Origin: a virus
Lineage: Duplodnaviria > Caudoviricetes
IMG/VR virus record: IMGVR_UViG_3300039448_000011
Span: 1-51,441 of that record
Strand: one strand, 5' to 3'
Length of the DNA stretch: 51,441 nt
The stretch's first letter is position 1, and each line of letters opens with the position of its first letter. Under the pieces are notes generated by a model. The model ran no database searches, was not told the DNA's origin, and worked only from the letters and a program-made list of their open reading frames with translations. Made by a program: the position numbers and the translations under genes. This document shows positions 8,901 through 17,587 of the stretch, piece by piece.

Positions 8901-11900
8901 ACTTCGATGGTGCTTGCTCGTGGCGCGTTGGAAATATCGGCATTTCCAGCCACTGCCGCACCCTCAGGAATAGGATGAAGCTCAAAGCCACCGCTCACCT
9001 CGACCAACTCATAGCCCGCGTGACTCTTTAAAGCCTTGCGGGCAGCACCTTTGCTTTTGTACGGATTGCCAGCGGTGTTGCGAATGATTGGCCTGTCAGG
9101 CTTGGCTTCGGGTGCTGCATCTTCAATTGCGTACTCCTCACGCAACGCTTTCCATGCTTGGCGGTTGACTCCTTCAGGAGAGTCGCTGTTCAGCTGATTG
9201 AATTCCTCAAAGCTCAGATTTGCTTGAGCCTCATCGACAAGCGTCTCGTATTCTTCGGAAAGTTTATCAAGCGCATCTTTATAGCCCGGCGATGATTTCT
9301 TTAGGCCGGACTTGGCGGCCATTTTCTTAAGGTAGGCTGTTTTGGTGGCGGTGAGAATTTCTGGAAGGCCAGAACGAGAAACCCCGGCATTGGCCGGGGT
9401 TTTTTCATTACTTTGACTTAATCCGCCTGACTTTATCCAGTCATCGACCTTTTCAACCAAGTGGTTTGTAAGATCAACAAATTCGTTATACCGCCAGTCG
9501 TGACGCTTTCCATAAGGGCCAACTATTTTATCCTTGCCTCGATCGGCGTCATTAATGTACATATTGGCGTCAGCGAAATCATCAAGGTCTTCCCAGCCAG
9601 AAACCTTGGCAGGGTCGATAGTGCCGGATTCCACATCGTTTAGAATTTCTTTCTTGGCCACTTCGATGCGACGGTCGATAATTCCTTGCAACTCAGGGTC
9701 ATTGAAATCCACCCCCTTTCCATTCGTATATTCATTTGCGGGGGAGGTTATCCGATCATCATCCGTTAAACCATTACCTGTTTTTTTATTTGCGCTGGCA
9801 ACGACCTTGCTAATTTTCGTTGTCGGCTCCTTGTATTCGGCTGGCTTCTCAGCTTTAACGATAGTTCCAAAATCATGCCAATTGCCATTAATCTTGGCCT
9901 CTTTTCTTGATTGGGATATACCCTCAATCACACCACCCTTAAAGAAAGTTTTTTGCTTTTCGCTTTTAACGGCCTTCGCATACTCGCCGCGCTCAAATCT
10001 CTGCTCTATCGGCTCGCCATTTACCACTTTGTAGTTGGAAAATGAATCATTCCCTTTTTGGCTTGGCTCTGCTGGAGCGCTAAGTAGATCCTCTTGCCCT
10101 TGAGAAGCGGCAACGTCAGCAGTACGGCCAGAGCCAGACAGTGCAAAACCTTCCACCTCGGCATCAGCCTTTGCTTTTTTTGCTGCTTTCTCTTCTGCCT
10201 TAACCTTTTCTTTTTCTTCAGACTGACGCTTAGCCTCCATTTTCCGAAGGTCGTCTTCAGTATAAGAGCTTAAGAGTTCTTCTTCGGGTTCTGGCTCTTT
10301 GCTTTCTGCTCTTGTCCACCCTGGATCTTCTCGACCGGCGGTTTCTTTTTCCAGCGCTCGTTTAGCTCCAGCGCTTTCAACACTTGTGGGTGTAACTTCT
10401 TGGCCATTTTTATGTGCCTCGGTAAATACAAATAATCTTAAGCTAAATTCAACCGGGTCGTCGCCAAACACTTGAGCGATTTTAGTCACTACAGGTTCAG
10501 GCAATCCAGCATCAAGCGCTTCTTTAATATCGTCAGCAAGTGCCATACCGACACCATCAATACCATCAACCGCCGAATAGCTCTCTTCAGTAAAGCGCGT
10601 TTCCATGCTTGAGGCAATCCGCTTAATTCGATTGGCGTAACGATTCGGCACAGGGTTGGATTCGGCAAAGCCAGCCTCTTGAGGTGATAGTTCGCCTCGC
10701 ATTACTTTTCTGAATTTCGTTATTTGCTCTCTTTCAGGTATGGCATCGGTGCGTGCGTAATCGTTTCGCTCGTCGGTAATGACATCAAGTGCATATTTTA
10801 CCGCTCTCGCTTCGATTGGCTTCAGAGGCTTAGCGTTAACAGCCTTATCAATCGCTCGCTTAAATCCTTTTACGGATATCCGCTTTACATTCTCCGGAGC
10901 TTCCTGAAACCATGCGGGGTTTTGTGACGGCAAAAAATCAAAATACTTTTTATCGGGATTGTTTTTTGCCATCGGGTCCAAAGGAATTGTGGACATGCCG
11001 CCTTTGTATTGGATTTCGCTACCCATCTTCTCAAGCCGCCCCCGGTGCCATGTTCGCAATAAGCGCCCGTCATCAAGTCCTTTTGGCATCTTGAGGTTTC
11101 GTATTGCATCACGGTCACTATCGTTAAGTGACTCTCCCTCGCGAACATCCATCGTAGGTGGCAGCTCAACAACCTCGGGCAGCTCTGGGGTTGGCTGCTG
11201 ATCAATGGTTATTTCTTCTGCGGGGATAAACCGAACATCGCCTTTTTCTGGTAAGTCGGGGACAACTACTGGCGATTGACCTTGCTGCTCAGTAAATGTC
11301 TGCTCAGTAACTTTCTTGGCATTCTGTGCAGCTTCCGTTGGCGGCATATAGTAAGGCGCATCAACGGTAGAAGGTATCGAACGCGAAGGGTCAGGCTCAA
11401 AATCTGAAACCTCTGGCCGTGCTGCTTCCATTTCACTAAAGGTGTCAGCGTCACGCTCCATCGTAACTTCAGCCCGTGGTATGCCTTCAATGTACTCACC
11501 AACCGCAATGTACTCAGCTGGGAATTGAGCTGATGGCTCAGGGCTTTGCGGGTCAGGCTCACCCATCTGGGTGACTTCGCGGTAAATCTTCAGCGCACGC
11601 TCATTGAATCGCTTGGCGGATTCAGTGTCGCCTTCATTGGCGAACTCTTCAGCCATTTCAAAATTACGCTTGGCTGCACGAAGACGAACGACTTCATCTT
11701 CAAATCCTTGTGACTCTGCAATATAGATATCGTCATCAATACCCTTGTACTGCTGGCGCTCGGCCTTGATCTGGGATACGGCATCGACTAGCGATAGCTT
11801 TGGTTGTTCTGGCTGTGCTGGTTGTTCCTGCGCCTGAGGATCAACACCTTGCTCCTCGGCCTGAATTTCGGGCTTCTCTACGGGTGAGCCTTTAAAGGCA

Positions 11901-12991
11901 GCGCCCATGCCACCGCCCATGACGCCACCCATGACGCCTTCGTTTAGGGCATTAGTAACAACGCCCTGCATTGGGTCTCTATTGGTATCAGCCTCTTCAT
12001 TAATCATCGCACGGTTAATGCCATGCTGCTCCATGCCGCCCTGAATGGTCTCGGTACCACCTTGCGCAACGGTTTGAGCCAGTGCGTTCTTGATTCGACT
12101 GCCGGAGCCTGCACCACGAATAATGCGGTCAATATAATGGCCGCCGATCGCATCAAGAGTGAGATTGGTAATAACAACGGCAGGGTCTGTCTGCACTGCT
12201 GTGCTCACGCGCTCGGCCAGTGTTTTTCTGGCCATCGATCTAATCTCTCCAACACTATAGCTTGGCTGATCAACGCTTAATGTGTGAAAGATTTCGCGAA
12301 ACGCCTCCGACTCATCCAACTCAGATGATGACAAATTCATCACTTCTTCTTGGGCCTGAAGGCCCATCTGGCCACCAGTAATGCCAGCGCCAGCAAGTGC
12401 TTGGCCGGTGGTACCTGCGCTAGCTCGAATTACATTGGCGGCATATTTCGCGGCAACATCAGGCGTCATACCCTTGCGCAATCCGGATTTAATAAGCGCC
12501 TTAGTTGCAACCTTGGCGCCTACTTTCGCCGCCGCACCGGTAAGACCAAAACCTGTAACGACCTGCCCGGTTAGCTGGCCAGCCATTTTGCTAATCTGAA
12601 GACCTACAGATTCAGGATCAGTCCACGCCTCGCCAAATTGAGTGTCGCCATTCTCATCATCCTGAAAGAACTGCTTACTCATGGCTTCTTGGCCAGACGG
12701 GCTCATTTGATCAATCTGGCCTTTCGACCAGTTATTAGTGGCCTGAGCTAAATCGCCAAATGTTTCCGATCCAGACAGCGTAGAAACAGTTTCCGCCATC
12801 CCTGCTGCGCTATCACCGACGCCAGACTGAAAGGCATCAACTGCATCACCACCAAAACCCTGCTCATTGCCTTGCTTCTGCTCTTCGGCATCAGCTGCGG
12901 TTTTGTTGTCTTGTATGTGACTGGTTAAAGGAGGGGCATTTCTACCAAGCTCAAACATCTGCTCAAGCGATACTTTATTCTCATTACTCAT
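2975..12991 (-). CDS. Giant polyvalent virion/ejection protein: amino-DNA methyltransferase, HExxxH metallopeptidase, GNAT and LPD38-like C-terminus
   Basis: 3338 aa; FFPTP / VLEPSAGNG / NPPF (about 7240-6975); HEVIGH (6418-6401); RNSGIGTKAL (about 5890-5860); C-terminal PFLNARLQG and IPKPFEVG; last gene of the ejection module. Confidence 0.85.
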   Translation of the reverse strand: MSNENKVSLEQMFELGRNAPPLTSHIQDNKTAADAEEQKQGNEQGFGGDAVDAFQSGVGDSAAGMAETVSTLSGSETFGDLAQATNNWSKGQIDQMSPSGQEAMSKQFFQDDENGDTQFGEAWTDPESVGLQISKMAGQLTGQVVTGFGLTGAAAKVGAKVATKALIKSGLRKGMTPDVAAKYAANVIRASAGTTGQALAGAGITGGQMGLQAQEEVMNLSSSELDESEAFREIFHTLSVDQPSYSVGEIRSMARKTLAERVSTAVQTDPAVVITNLTLDAIGGHYIDRIIRGAGSGSRIKNALAQTVAQGGTETIQGGMEQHGINRAMINEEADTNRDPMQGVVTNALNEGVMGGVMGGGMGAAFKGSPVEKPEIQAEEQGVDPQAQEQPAQPEQPKLSLVDAVSQIKAERQQYKGIDDDIYIAESQGFEDEVVRLRAAKRNFEMAEEFANEGDTESAKRFNERALKIYREVTQMGEPDPQSPEPSAQFPAEYIAVGEYIEGIPRAEVTMERDADTFSEMEAARPEVSDFEPDPSRSIPSTVDAPYYMPPTEAAQNAKKVTEQTFTEQQGQSPVVVPDLPEKGDVRFIPAEEITIDQQPTPELPEVVELPPTMDVREGESLNDSDRDAIRNLKMPKGLDDGRLLRTWHRGRLEKMGSEIQYKGGMSTIPLDPMAKNNPDKKYFDFLPSQNPAWFQEAPENVKRISVKGFKRAIDKAVNAKPLKPIEARAVKYALDVITDERNDYARTDAIPEREQITKFRKVMRGELSPQEAGFAESNPVPNRYANRIKRIASSMETRFTEESYSAVDGIDGVGMALADDIKEALDAGLPEPVVTKIAQVFGDDPVEFSLRLFVFTEAHKNGQEVTPTSVESAGAKRALEKETAGREDPGWTRAESKEPEPEEELLSSYTEDDLRKMEAKRQSEEKEKVKAEEKAAKKAKADAEVEGFALSGSGRTADVAASQGQEDLLSAPAEPSQKGNDSFSNYKVVNGEPIEQRFERGEYAKAVKSEKQKTFFKGGVIEGISQSRKEAKINGNWHDFGTIVKAEKPAEYKEPTTKISKVVASANKKTGNGLTDDDRITSPANEYTNGKGVDFNDPELQGIIDRRIEVAKKEILNDVESGTIDPAKVSGWEDLDDFADANMYINDADRGKDKIVGPYGKRHDWRYNEFVDLTNHLVEKVDDWIKSGGLSQSNEKTPANAGVSRSGLPEILTATKTAYLKKMAAKSGLKKSSPGYKDALDKLSEEYETLVDEAQANLSFEEFNQLNSDSPEGVNRQAWKALREEYAIEDAAPEAKPDRPIIRNTAGNPYKSKGAARKALKSHAGYELVEVSGGFELHPIPEGAAVAGNADISNAPRASTIEVNDDFGPDAEPEVEAESDAEPTKPAQLPAHEGINSVMKRLSGGEAVTRAELSDTFEALVTDPDASKSELRKLTKADLEPMTTGHVFSDTKKDRLVNMAYDGLVQKYRFIGNSDVFISWTHGSDIAQMTRDHIDSLTDATIAEYARERKENIDAAIAERKKQIDGLKDPQTLEEFRDAIKLRGFESLSLEQRTQYDRLIAEKAMSDTPIEDVRKGFQSDEPVAMGEPEEGTHGKTGEIIFNVKVIDRLGKDKFKESAAMARSMSGGYWRGNFYFPSIEQANQFKNWMQGEDADLSEKSEERRQQKLERASDRMRDIAERLKSDADENLNADRNTNTLRRADMAAGAVARAETQKTLAKVMAEISEGGHPLLKNANQKVQIELLNSLANRLIYDADPELFESDRMSRRSWASGVTPEQMVQFAQLPMQTYYPDSAKDLAQKMESTKGFKQAANALRAQARSAKDGKPIIIPARVRDKVLEFVTKHGEKHTTHYDVAMNRKRLERMGIKNLPTLRAVLTEFIKLKKSAEGPKRKTKLADLEQALQRTLLGNRKAFNDFFPTPESTAVEIADLANIEDGMKVLEPSAGNGLLADEAKASGADVDTVELAGQLREILKEKGHKLIGDDFLELEPKAEYDRVLMNPPFSKDQDIDHVIHAYKHLKPGGRLVAIVSSMAGDRQNSKNKKFRELLDELGAEEQSLPEGAFKSSLNPTGVNTKVIVIDKPDGQALASLSKDVDEKIKSLSSQIQTGNASGIKRKNTASQVREWLKDMTGGMGSIEIVETSLDLPGKLKLELGTHFNQSEGVYDPKTGKTYIVAGNIIDKHHAKRVFLHEVIGHGGVISYLKANEKAGGKEYLAMLDEIYYRAGQPAIDKEISRYDFNYDNQEERRIAVLEYIAHLAEKGRKMGLVRRMIAALRDLIRRINPDIDWTDTDTLALIERGRRHLKKYGNEGKGAGKPLASVGKGGNAKNIDELRSEIEGVKGIKTISLYESRGKIKLDSIIVDKEYRNSGIGTKALEMIIGYADENSKIVALSPALKDDFQGTTSRSRLIGFYKRFGFIENKGRNKDFEISESMYRKPARGDSALMRLSDDLASDSSLSNDQKEALSKIGPKGPIESAAEKVRGVMDDWRLKVRQGLVDRYAGLMELDKQLLDGNITSEENITRSAWARAKMSNAASGAVSAMMNAGRIFMNGDGIVDVKKDSQGLMYTLNKLGSGAEVERFMGWIAGNRGEKLMAEGRENLFSQKDIDALKSLDGGNLKDGRERSKLYESVFKEFQQYRDDVLAIAEESGVITAENRDMWSNEFYVPFYRLDEDNTDTTGPRVMGGLSRQQAYKKLKGGTQNLNDLLQNTLMNFHHLVDASLKNMAAKQGVDNAVDLGVAEKTSEAARDKKQSTFILRNGEKEWYDIVDPMVYSSLTSLNHTGMNGYAMTAMRWFKRTFTNLTTSTPQFVVANLLRDSMSAVAVTDMSKNAVGNVTQGLKSFGLLDRNGYERARLMATGGAFSFGHVYGEDADSIRYQIDGQMRRAKVIKDPKQLLKLGLKPLKAGWDRWQDVNNSLENVNRAAAFKQSEDAGKGTLYSAFQARDLMDFSAHGAWPAIRFLIDVVPFLNARLQGLDKLYRSGVKPTTKVAAQMLGIGKIEASVNDKKAAARFTAVVGALSAATMALFLHNQDDEDYKKAPDWLKDSYWWFRIPGTDNVITIPKPFEVGAIATITERLLQQAVDDTATGKLFRERISHMLTGTFSFSPVPQMFQPVLDVYANKDSFTGRQIETMGQQRLSKGNRTKEDTTLAARGLSSISTGVFGDDSNYALSPVQMDYLIGGFLGQVGAWGVAIPDMVIGQLAESDKPAKYWTEYQPIRRFYRDAGRPTYTQDSELFYDSIRKADRLYADLKRYREEGDLSSQAEVMEENGDLIGMRKLMNKVNRRLQDIRNRIKAIEKNKDLSGEEKRRRIDLLKLRRNQLIEKVTPKLRAINAT
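9379..9405 (+). terminator. Intragenic intrinsic-terminator-like hairpin
   Basis: AAACCCCGGC-ATTG-GCCGGGGTTTTTT inside the giant ORF. Confidence 0.55.
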
Positions 12992-13010
12992 TAATATTTC
13001 CAGTAACTAA

Positions 13011-14558
13011 TCAGAAGGATGCTAGGCCAGCATTTTTATCCACGCTGGTGTTGGCTTCGATAGATAGGTTTGCCATTTCTTGAGAAATCTTCGCAGCCTC
13101 TTCGCCGGTTATTCCTGGGGTAGAGAGTCTCGCTTGAAGGAATTGCATTTCCTCCTGATAAATCTCCTGTTTGGATCTTTTACCCGGCCTTGGTGGTGCT
13201 GTCGGGGTATTCCGCTTTGTGATTTTTGCCTTTAATTCATCGGCCTGCTGCTGGAATTTATCTCGCGCATTGTTTGGATAAACAGGGTCCATAGCCTTGG
13301 CCTCCAGCTCAGCTATCTGTCGCTCCTCTTCAGTCTTTGGCTTTGGTGGTGCAGATTGCACGGGGGCAGGCTGAGCCTGCGCAGAACTCAATCCCGGATT
13401 TTGCGCATCGGTAGATAAGGGCTGCTCAATCACACCCTGACGCCCTGTTGAGCCAGCTACAAACGCGTTTAGCTCTCTTTTTGTTAAAGGGCCATAGTCG
13501 CCAGCTTGGCGTTTAAGGTTCTGCGCCTGCTCGATTTGATCTACAGTTGCGCCATACAGTGCGACGGCATTATCGTTGACGGCCTGTATGGCTTGAGAGC
13601 GTGCAGCATCGTCGAGGAAATCAGTACTCGTGGCAACTTTGTTTCGAGCCTTAAATAACTCACTGAGATTAATCACTTCATCCTTTTGGTCTTTATCGCT
13701 AGGCGCTGCAACGCCGCCAAGATAGTGAGATACCTTGCCAGTCTTCTTATCAATTGCGGCCACCACCTTTCGACCAGTGGCCTTGTCGTAAACTTCTTTT
13801 GTATCGTAACCATCAGCACCGGACTGTGGGGCTAGGCGCTTTGCTGTAACTCCATAATAAAGAGAGTCTATAAATGCTTTTGGATCGTCCGCAGCTTTTT
13901 CAGCAAGATAGGCGGCGTTAGCTTGGGTTAGTGTCACTTCGGCCAATTCTTGAATTTTTGCCTCATCTAGCGTGATAACAGAATCATTTGCGTCTGCTGT
14001 TCCGTTGCGGGTCATTGGGGCTTTGTAGATGCTACCGTCCGGATTGGTAACACTAAGCTCTAAAGCGACCCGCCCATCTTTTAATTGTCGAGCGCCGGTG
14101 ATTTCACGCTGCAAGCCATCTTTTTCCGCTCTCGCCGTCAGTTGATCCTTGAGAACAACATTGGCAGCACCAAGTAAATCTGGATTGCCCCAATCCCCAG
14201 AGTCTTGCGCCCGCTTGAATATAACGCCCGCATCAATCATATCGTCACGACGGTTCGGGTCGCGCATCTTCCCTATACCGAGTGGTGCAAACATCTCATA
14301 GAAATCATCACCAAGCTCAGTGCCATTCTCGTAATGCTGCCGAGCAACCACCTTGAATTTTTCCATCAACTCTTGCCGTTCGGCGCTTTTAATCTTCATG
14401 TCATTCACCCGACTGTTTTGATTAAAAAGCTTTTTGTCTTGCTCCAATTTAGCCGATTGCATTTCTCGATTGGCTTGACGATCCTTCATCCCTTCCGCCA
14501 AGGAGAAACCCTGCGCTGCGCCAGAAACAAAACTTGCCGTACTTAATCCACCACTCAT
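13011..14558 (-). CDS. Internal virion / DNA ejection protein
   Basis: 515 aa; Gly/Ala-rich N-terminus then helical; located just before the giant gene. Confidence 0.65.
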   Translation of the reverse strand: MSGGLSTASFVSGAAQGFSLAEGMKDRQANREMQSAKLEQDKKLFNQNSRVNDMKIKSAERQELMEKFKVVARQHYENGTELGDDFYEMFAPLGIGKMRDPNRRDDMIDAGVIFKRAQDSGDWGNPDLLGAANVVLKDQLTARAEKDGLQREITGARQLKDGRVALELSVTNPDGSIYKAPMTRNGTADANDSVITLDEAKIQELAEVTLTQANAAYLAEKAADDPKAFIDSLYYGVTAKRLAPQSGADGYDTKEVYDKATGRKVVAAIDKKTGKVSHYLGGVAAPSDKDQKDEVINLSELFKARNKVATSTDFLDDAARSQAIQAVNDNAVALYGATVDQIEQAQNLKRQAGDYGPLTKRELNAFVAGSTGRQGVIEQPLSTDAQNPGLSSAQAQPAPVQSAPPKPKTEEERQIAELEAKAMDPVYPNNARDKFQQQADELKAKITKRNTPTAPPRPGKRSKQEIYQEEMQFLQARLSTPGITGEEAAKISQEMANLSIEANTSVDKNAGLASF

Positions 14559-14569
14559 AATAAATTCAC

Positions 14570-14830
14570 CTAAAAAAGTTCGTAAGCTAGATAACCAGCA
14601 CCAGCACCGATTAGCATTCCGGCAGGACCGCCGATTGCACCAGCCTGCATACCAGCCATCATGCCAACCCCTGCACCAGTACCTATGGCATTCGCTCGCC
14701 CGGCCTTTCTGGCTGACTCAATATTCTCGCCAGCTATTTCGCGTTCAGATTCGCGCTTGGCGGCTTCCTTCAGCCCAGCCCTTGCGCTGCTGTCAAAGTT
14801 CTTCTGAATATCAACCAATCCATAAGGCAT
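14570..14830 (-). CDS. Glycine-zipper small virion protein
   Basis: GTGAGVGMMAG...GGPAGMLIGAGAG. Confidence 0.7.
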   Translation of the reverse strand: MPYGLVDIQKNFDSSARAGLKEAAKRESEREIAGENIESARKAGRANAIGTGAGVGMMAGMQAGAIGGPAGMLIGAGAGYLAYELF

Positions 14831-14832
14831 GG

Positions 14833-15363
14833 TTACGCACTCCTTCCTAGTCTTGTCCCGGCAAGCAAAGCGTTTTGCCTATCGGTTGCTGAATCTCGTG
14901 CTGAATTTGAGGCGTCAACAAGTGAGGCCGCCATCTCTCGGCGGTTATCTTTATTTCTGTCTGCCCTTTGCGCCGTAGTGTCCTTCAACCCCAATCCGGA
15001 GCGACGAGCATTCTCTGCGGCGCTAGAAGTCTGAAAGCCGCTCTTTATGCCAGACTCGGCCTGATCGACGGCATTCTGTGTGTATTTATCACTCCTAACC
15101 TCGTCGCTATAATTAAGGATATATTCCATATCGTTCGCGACAAAATTATCCCAATCAGCACGAATTAAATCCGCTGAAGCTTGGTCTGCGCTATTGGTTG
15201 ATATTTTCCCATCCTCGGATTGATAGGTCAGATTAGCTGGATTGGCCGAATTGGTTGGATTGGCTGAATTAGCTTCCGCTTCCGCCGCAGTATCAGTCGC
15301 CTTCTTTATAGCGTTATTTATTCCACTCTTAATTCCAAAGTTTTTCCCAGGCATCATTAGCAT
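14833..15363 (-). CDS. Putative internal virion protein
   Basis: Ala/Asn/Ser-rich 176-aa ORF within the ejection cluster. Confidence 0.6.
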   Translation of the reverse strand: MLMMPGKNFGIKSGINNAIKKATDTAAEAEANSANPTNSANPANLTYQSEDGKISTNSADQASADLIRADWDNFVANDMEYILNYSDEVRSDKYTQNAVDQAESGIKSGFQTSSAAENARRSGLGLKDTTAQRADRNKDNRREMAASLVDASNSARDSATDRQNALLAGTRLGRSA

Positions 15364-15365
15364 GA

Positions 15366-16064
15366 CTAATCCTCAGTTCCGTTTGGTTTTTTGCTTGCAT
15401 AAGAAAGTCCAAAACCTGCAGCAGTGCCTGCAGCTTCACTCATTGCTGCATCGCTATTAAATTCAGAATAGGAGTCACTAATACTTTCTTGGTTTGATAT
15501 GCCTGCAATATCATTAAGCCCAATAACGGCTTCTGTTTTTTCACCGAGCGCCATTTTTACACGATTGCTTTTTCCGCCAAGATAAGCAGTATCAGCAGAA
15601 AACTCAGCCTCCCCCTTTCCTCGGCCAATAGAATCACCAGACGTTGTGCTTAGCTTTGTCCTTACCGCACCAGCAGCTCCAGAACTTGGATCAACACCGC
15701 GAGTGCGCAAGCTCTCATCAACATTACCTGAAGCAACCCCTCTGCCAGCAATTTCCTTTCGTCCGACCTTTGCCTTCGCATAATCTCGATACCCCTTAGT
15801 TCCAAGGCGCTCAATTCGACTTTCATACTCACTTTTCACGCCATCCATTTTTCGCGCAAAGTCGTATTCTTTAATTGCGACCTCGGCAGCCGCTTTGCTT
15901 GAGTCTGCCTCTTTGGGTTTTTCTTCTTTTCTATTAAAAAGCTTATCTCCAACGCCGGTCGTACCTCCAATCAAGCCGCCAGTGGCAATGTTTGTAAGCC
16001 CCTCGCTGGTTGTTGGGTCGATATTACTCAACCCTTCAGAGACTTTATTTTTAACCTTTGACAT
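15366..16064 (-). CDS. Putative internal virion protein
   Basis: RGVDPSSG motif, Gly/Ala-rich, synteny. Confidence 0.6.
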   Translation of the reverse strand: MSKVKNKVSEGLSNIDPTTSEGLTNIATGGLIGGTTGVGDKLFNRKEEKPKEADSSKAAAEVAIKEYDFARKMDGVKSEYESRIERLGTKGYRDYAKAKVGRKEIAGRGVASGNVDESLRTRGVDPSSGAAGAVRTKLSTTSGDSIGRGKGEAEFSADTAYLGGKSNRVKMALGEKTEAVIGLNDIAGISNQESISDSYSEFNSDAAMSEAAGTAAGFGLSYASKKPNGTED

Positions 16065-16530
16065 TCAATAATCTCCCAACAGTTGCACCAACCAGCCACA
16101 TATCTTCAAATTTCTTATTGATGAGCTTTGCCTCTCGCTCAATACCTTCATCAATCATTCCTGACTTTTTCGCAAAGTGATAAACCTCAGGAAAGCACTT
16201 GGGTATTCTTGCTTGCAGCTTGTGAACTTTTGGGAGGTGCTTATCAATAAGTGCAACCAATTGATTTTGTGCTTTGTATTTATGGAATCGATACTCTGGA
16301 AGAATGTGAACATGGACATCAATCGTCGTGCCAGTAATCGCGGTTAGCCACCAGGCACCAATCAATTCACCATCAAAAAATATTCCAACAAAAAGGTCGT
16401 CATCGCCTTCATAGATTGATTCCTCGGTGACGCCATCCTCGGCTATTCTCGGAAAAATATCGGGATGTATAAATATTTTTTTAGCCATGTCGAATGGGAT
16501 GAACTTGCTGGTCATATCCGCTTCTTGCAT
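16051..16530 (-). CDS. GNAT-fold protein (DUF2824-like) preceding ejection genes
   Basis: DVHVHILPEYR...FAKKSGMIDEGIERE pattern; typical podovirus position. Confidence 0.7.
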   Translation of the reverse strand: MQEADMTSKFIPFDMAKKIFIHPDIFPRIAEDGVTEESIYEGDDDLFVGIFFDGELIGAWWLTAITGTTIDVHVHILPEYRFHKYKAQNQLVALIDKHLPKVHKLQARIPKCFPEVYHFAKKSGMIDEGIEREAKLINKKFEDMWLVGATVGRLLNVKG

Positions 16531-16541
16531 ATAAACCCCAT

Positions 16542-16572
16542 AAAAAAACCCGATGCAGTTACCTGCACCGGG
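16542..16572 (-). terminator. Intrinsic terminator downstream of the internal late promoter
   Basis: Minus strand CCCGGTGCAG-GTAA-CTGCATCGGG-TTTTTTT. Confidence 0.85.
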
Positions 16573-16592
16573 CCATTGTGAATATAGAAATA

Positions 16593-16633
16593 CCAGTATG
16601 GAAAAATCTACCCTTTGCTGCGCATAAAGTAAA
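16593..16633 (-). promoter_or_regulatory. Internal late promoter with putative Q-utilisation element
   Basis: TTTACT-17 nt (contains TGCGCAGC)-TAGATT, then CATACTGG; same layout as 36617-36658. Confidence 0.7.
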
Positions 16634-16636
16634 GGG

Positions 16637-17587
16637 TTAGCTCCTAATGGCGGTTATTTGATAGCTCACTTCAAAGGCGTCAGTATTTGAAGAAAATAGT
16701 CTATTGGCGGAAATATGATAAGTAATTTCACCCACCGGAGGGGAATCAATAAAGTGATAAGTAAGTATATGAAGATACTTATTTTGACCATTGGTGTCCG
16801 AGTAGGTTACTTGTGTTCTTACTGGTGCAATTGTAGCAATACCCGTGGCGTCGCGAAGAATACTAACCGATACCGCATTTCCATCCTCTGGCAATAACTC
16901 AATACCATCCCAGACTTCCTCAGACTCAAACACCCCGCTAACTGAAAATATAACTTTGGGAGAGTCGGAGTCTGTTAATTCAAATACATGGTCAACCGTG
17001 GTTGTATTATCCAAAACGCCAGAAACGGCATCGCTAATATCAATATTCTTATTACTTACTTTTCCGTCCGCATAAAACGGTTCCAAGCTCGTCTCTTCAG
17101 CACCGTCGGAAAATAAACTATTCAGAGAATCCGATTGATGACGAACAAAATAAGTAAATGTCAGCTCATTGCCAACATCATAATCCGTGTATTGATTGGA
17201 ACTGGTCGTCCCAATACTTGAGGCGTCGCCAATAAGCCCGGTTGTTGAGCGATAAATCTCAGAGCGCACATGACCACCATAGGTTGGCATATCCCAGCGA
17301 ATAACAATCAACCCAGGAGAGGTTAGCGTAGATACTCCGGTTGGTATTGATGGAGCGCTACTATCGCCACCTGATAAGCCTCCAGTACTGCTGAAGCCGT
17401 TACTGGTACGCCCCTTTCGAAGCAGCTCTCTAACCTCTCTTAGTGATGGCCGCGCTTCATCCTCGCCCCTTTTCCCTCTAATTCCAACGCCGCCAAGTAA
17501 AGAAATGGCCTCAGCAACCTTGGCATTAAAATCTGGATCGGTTGGGTCGATGGCGTATGTTGCAACCTTATCCCTTCGTCTACTCAT
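16637..17587 (-). CDS. Tail protein with fibronectin type III-like domain
   Basis: PSIPTGV...IVIRWD...EIYRS...YTD...TYFVR. Confidence 0.65.
   Translation of the reverse strand: MSRRRDKVATYAIDPTDPDFNAKVAEAISLLGGVGIRGKRGEDEARPSLREVRELLRKGRTSNGFSSTGGLSGGDSSAPSIPTGVSTLTSPGLIVIRWDMPTYGGHVRSEIYRSTTGLIGDASSIGTTSSNQYTDYDVGNELTFTYFVRHQSDSLNSLFSDGAEETSLEPFYADGKVSNKNIDISDAVSGVLDNTTTVDHVFELTDSDSPKVIFSVSGVFESEEVWDGIELLPEDGNAVSVSILRDATGIATIAPVRTQVTYSDTNGQNKYLHILTYHFIDSPPVGEITYHISANRLFSSNTDAFEVSYQITAIRS

Noticed and set aside
3290-12599. Numerous short ORFs antisense to or nested in the giant gene, and similar ones over other late genes
   Set aside because: Shadow frames of long coding sequences, with no recognisable motifs or RBS support
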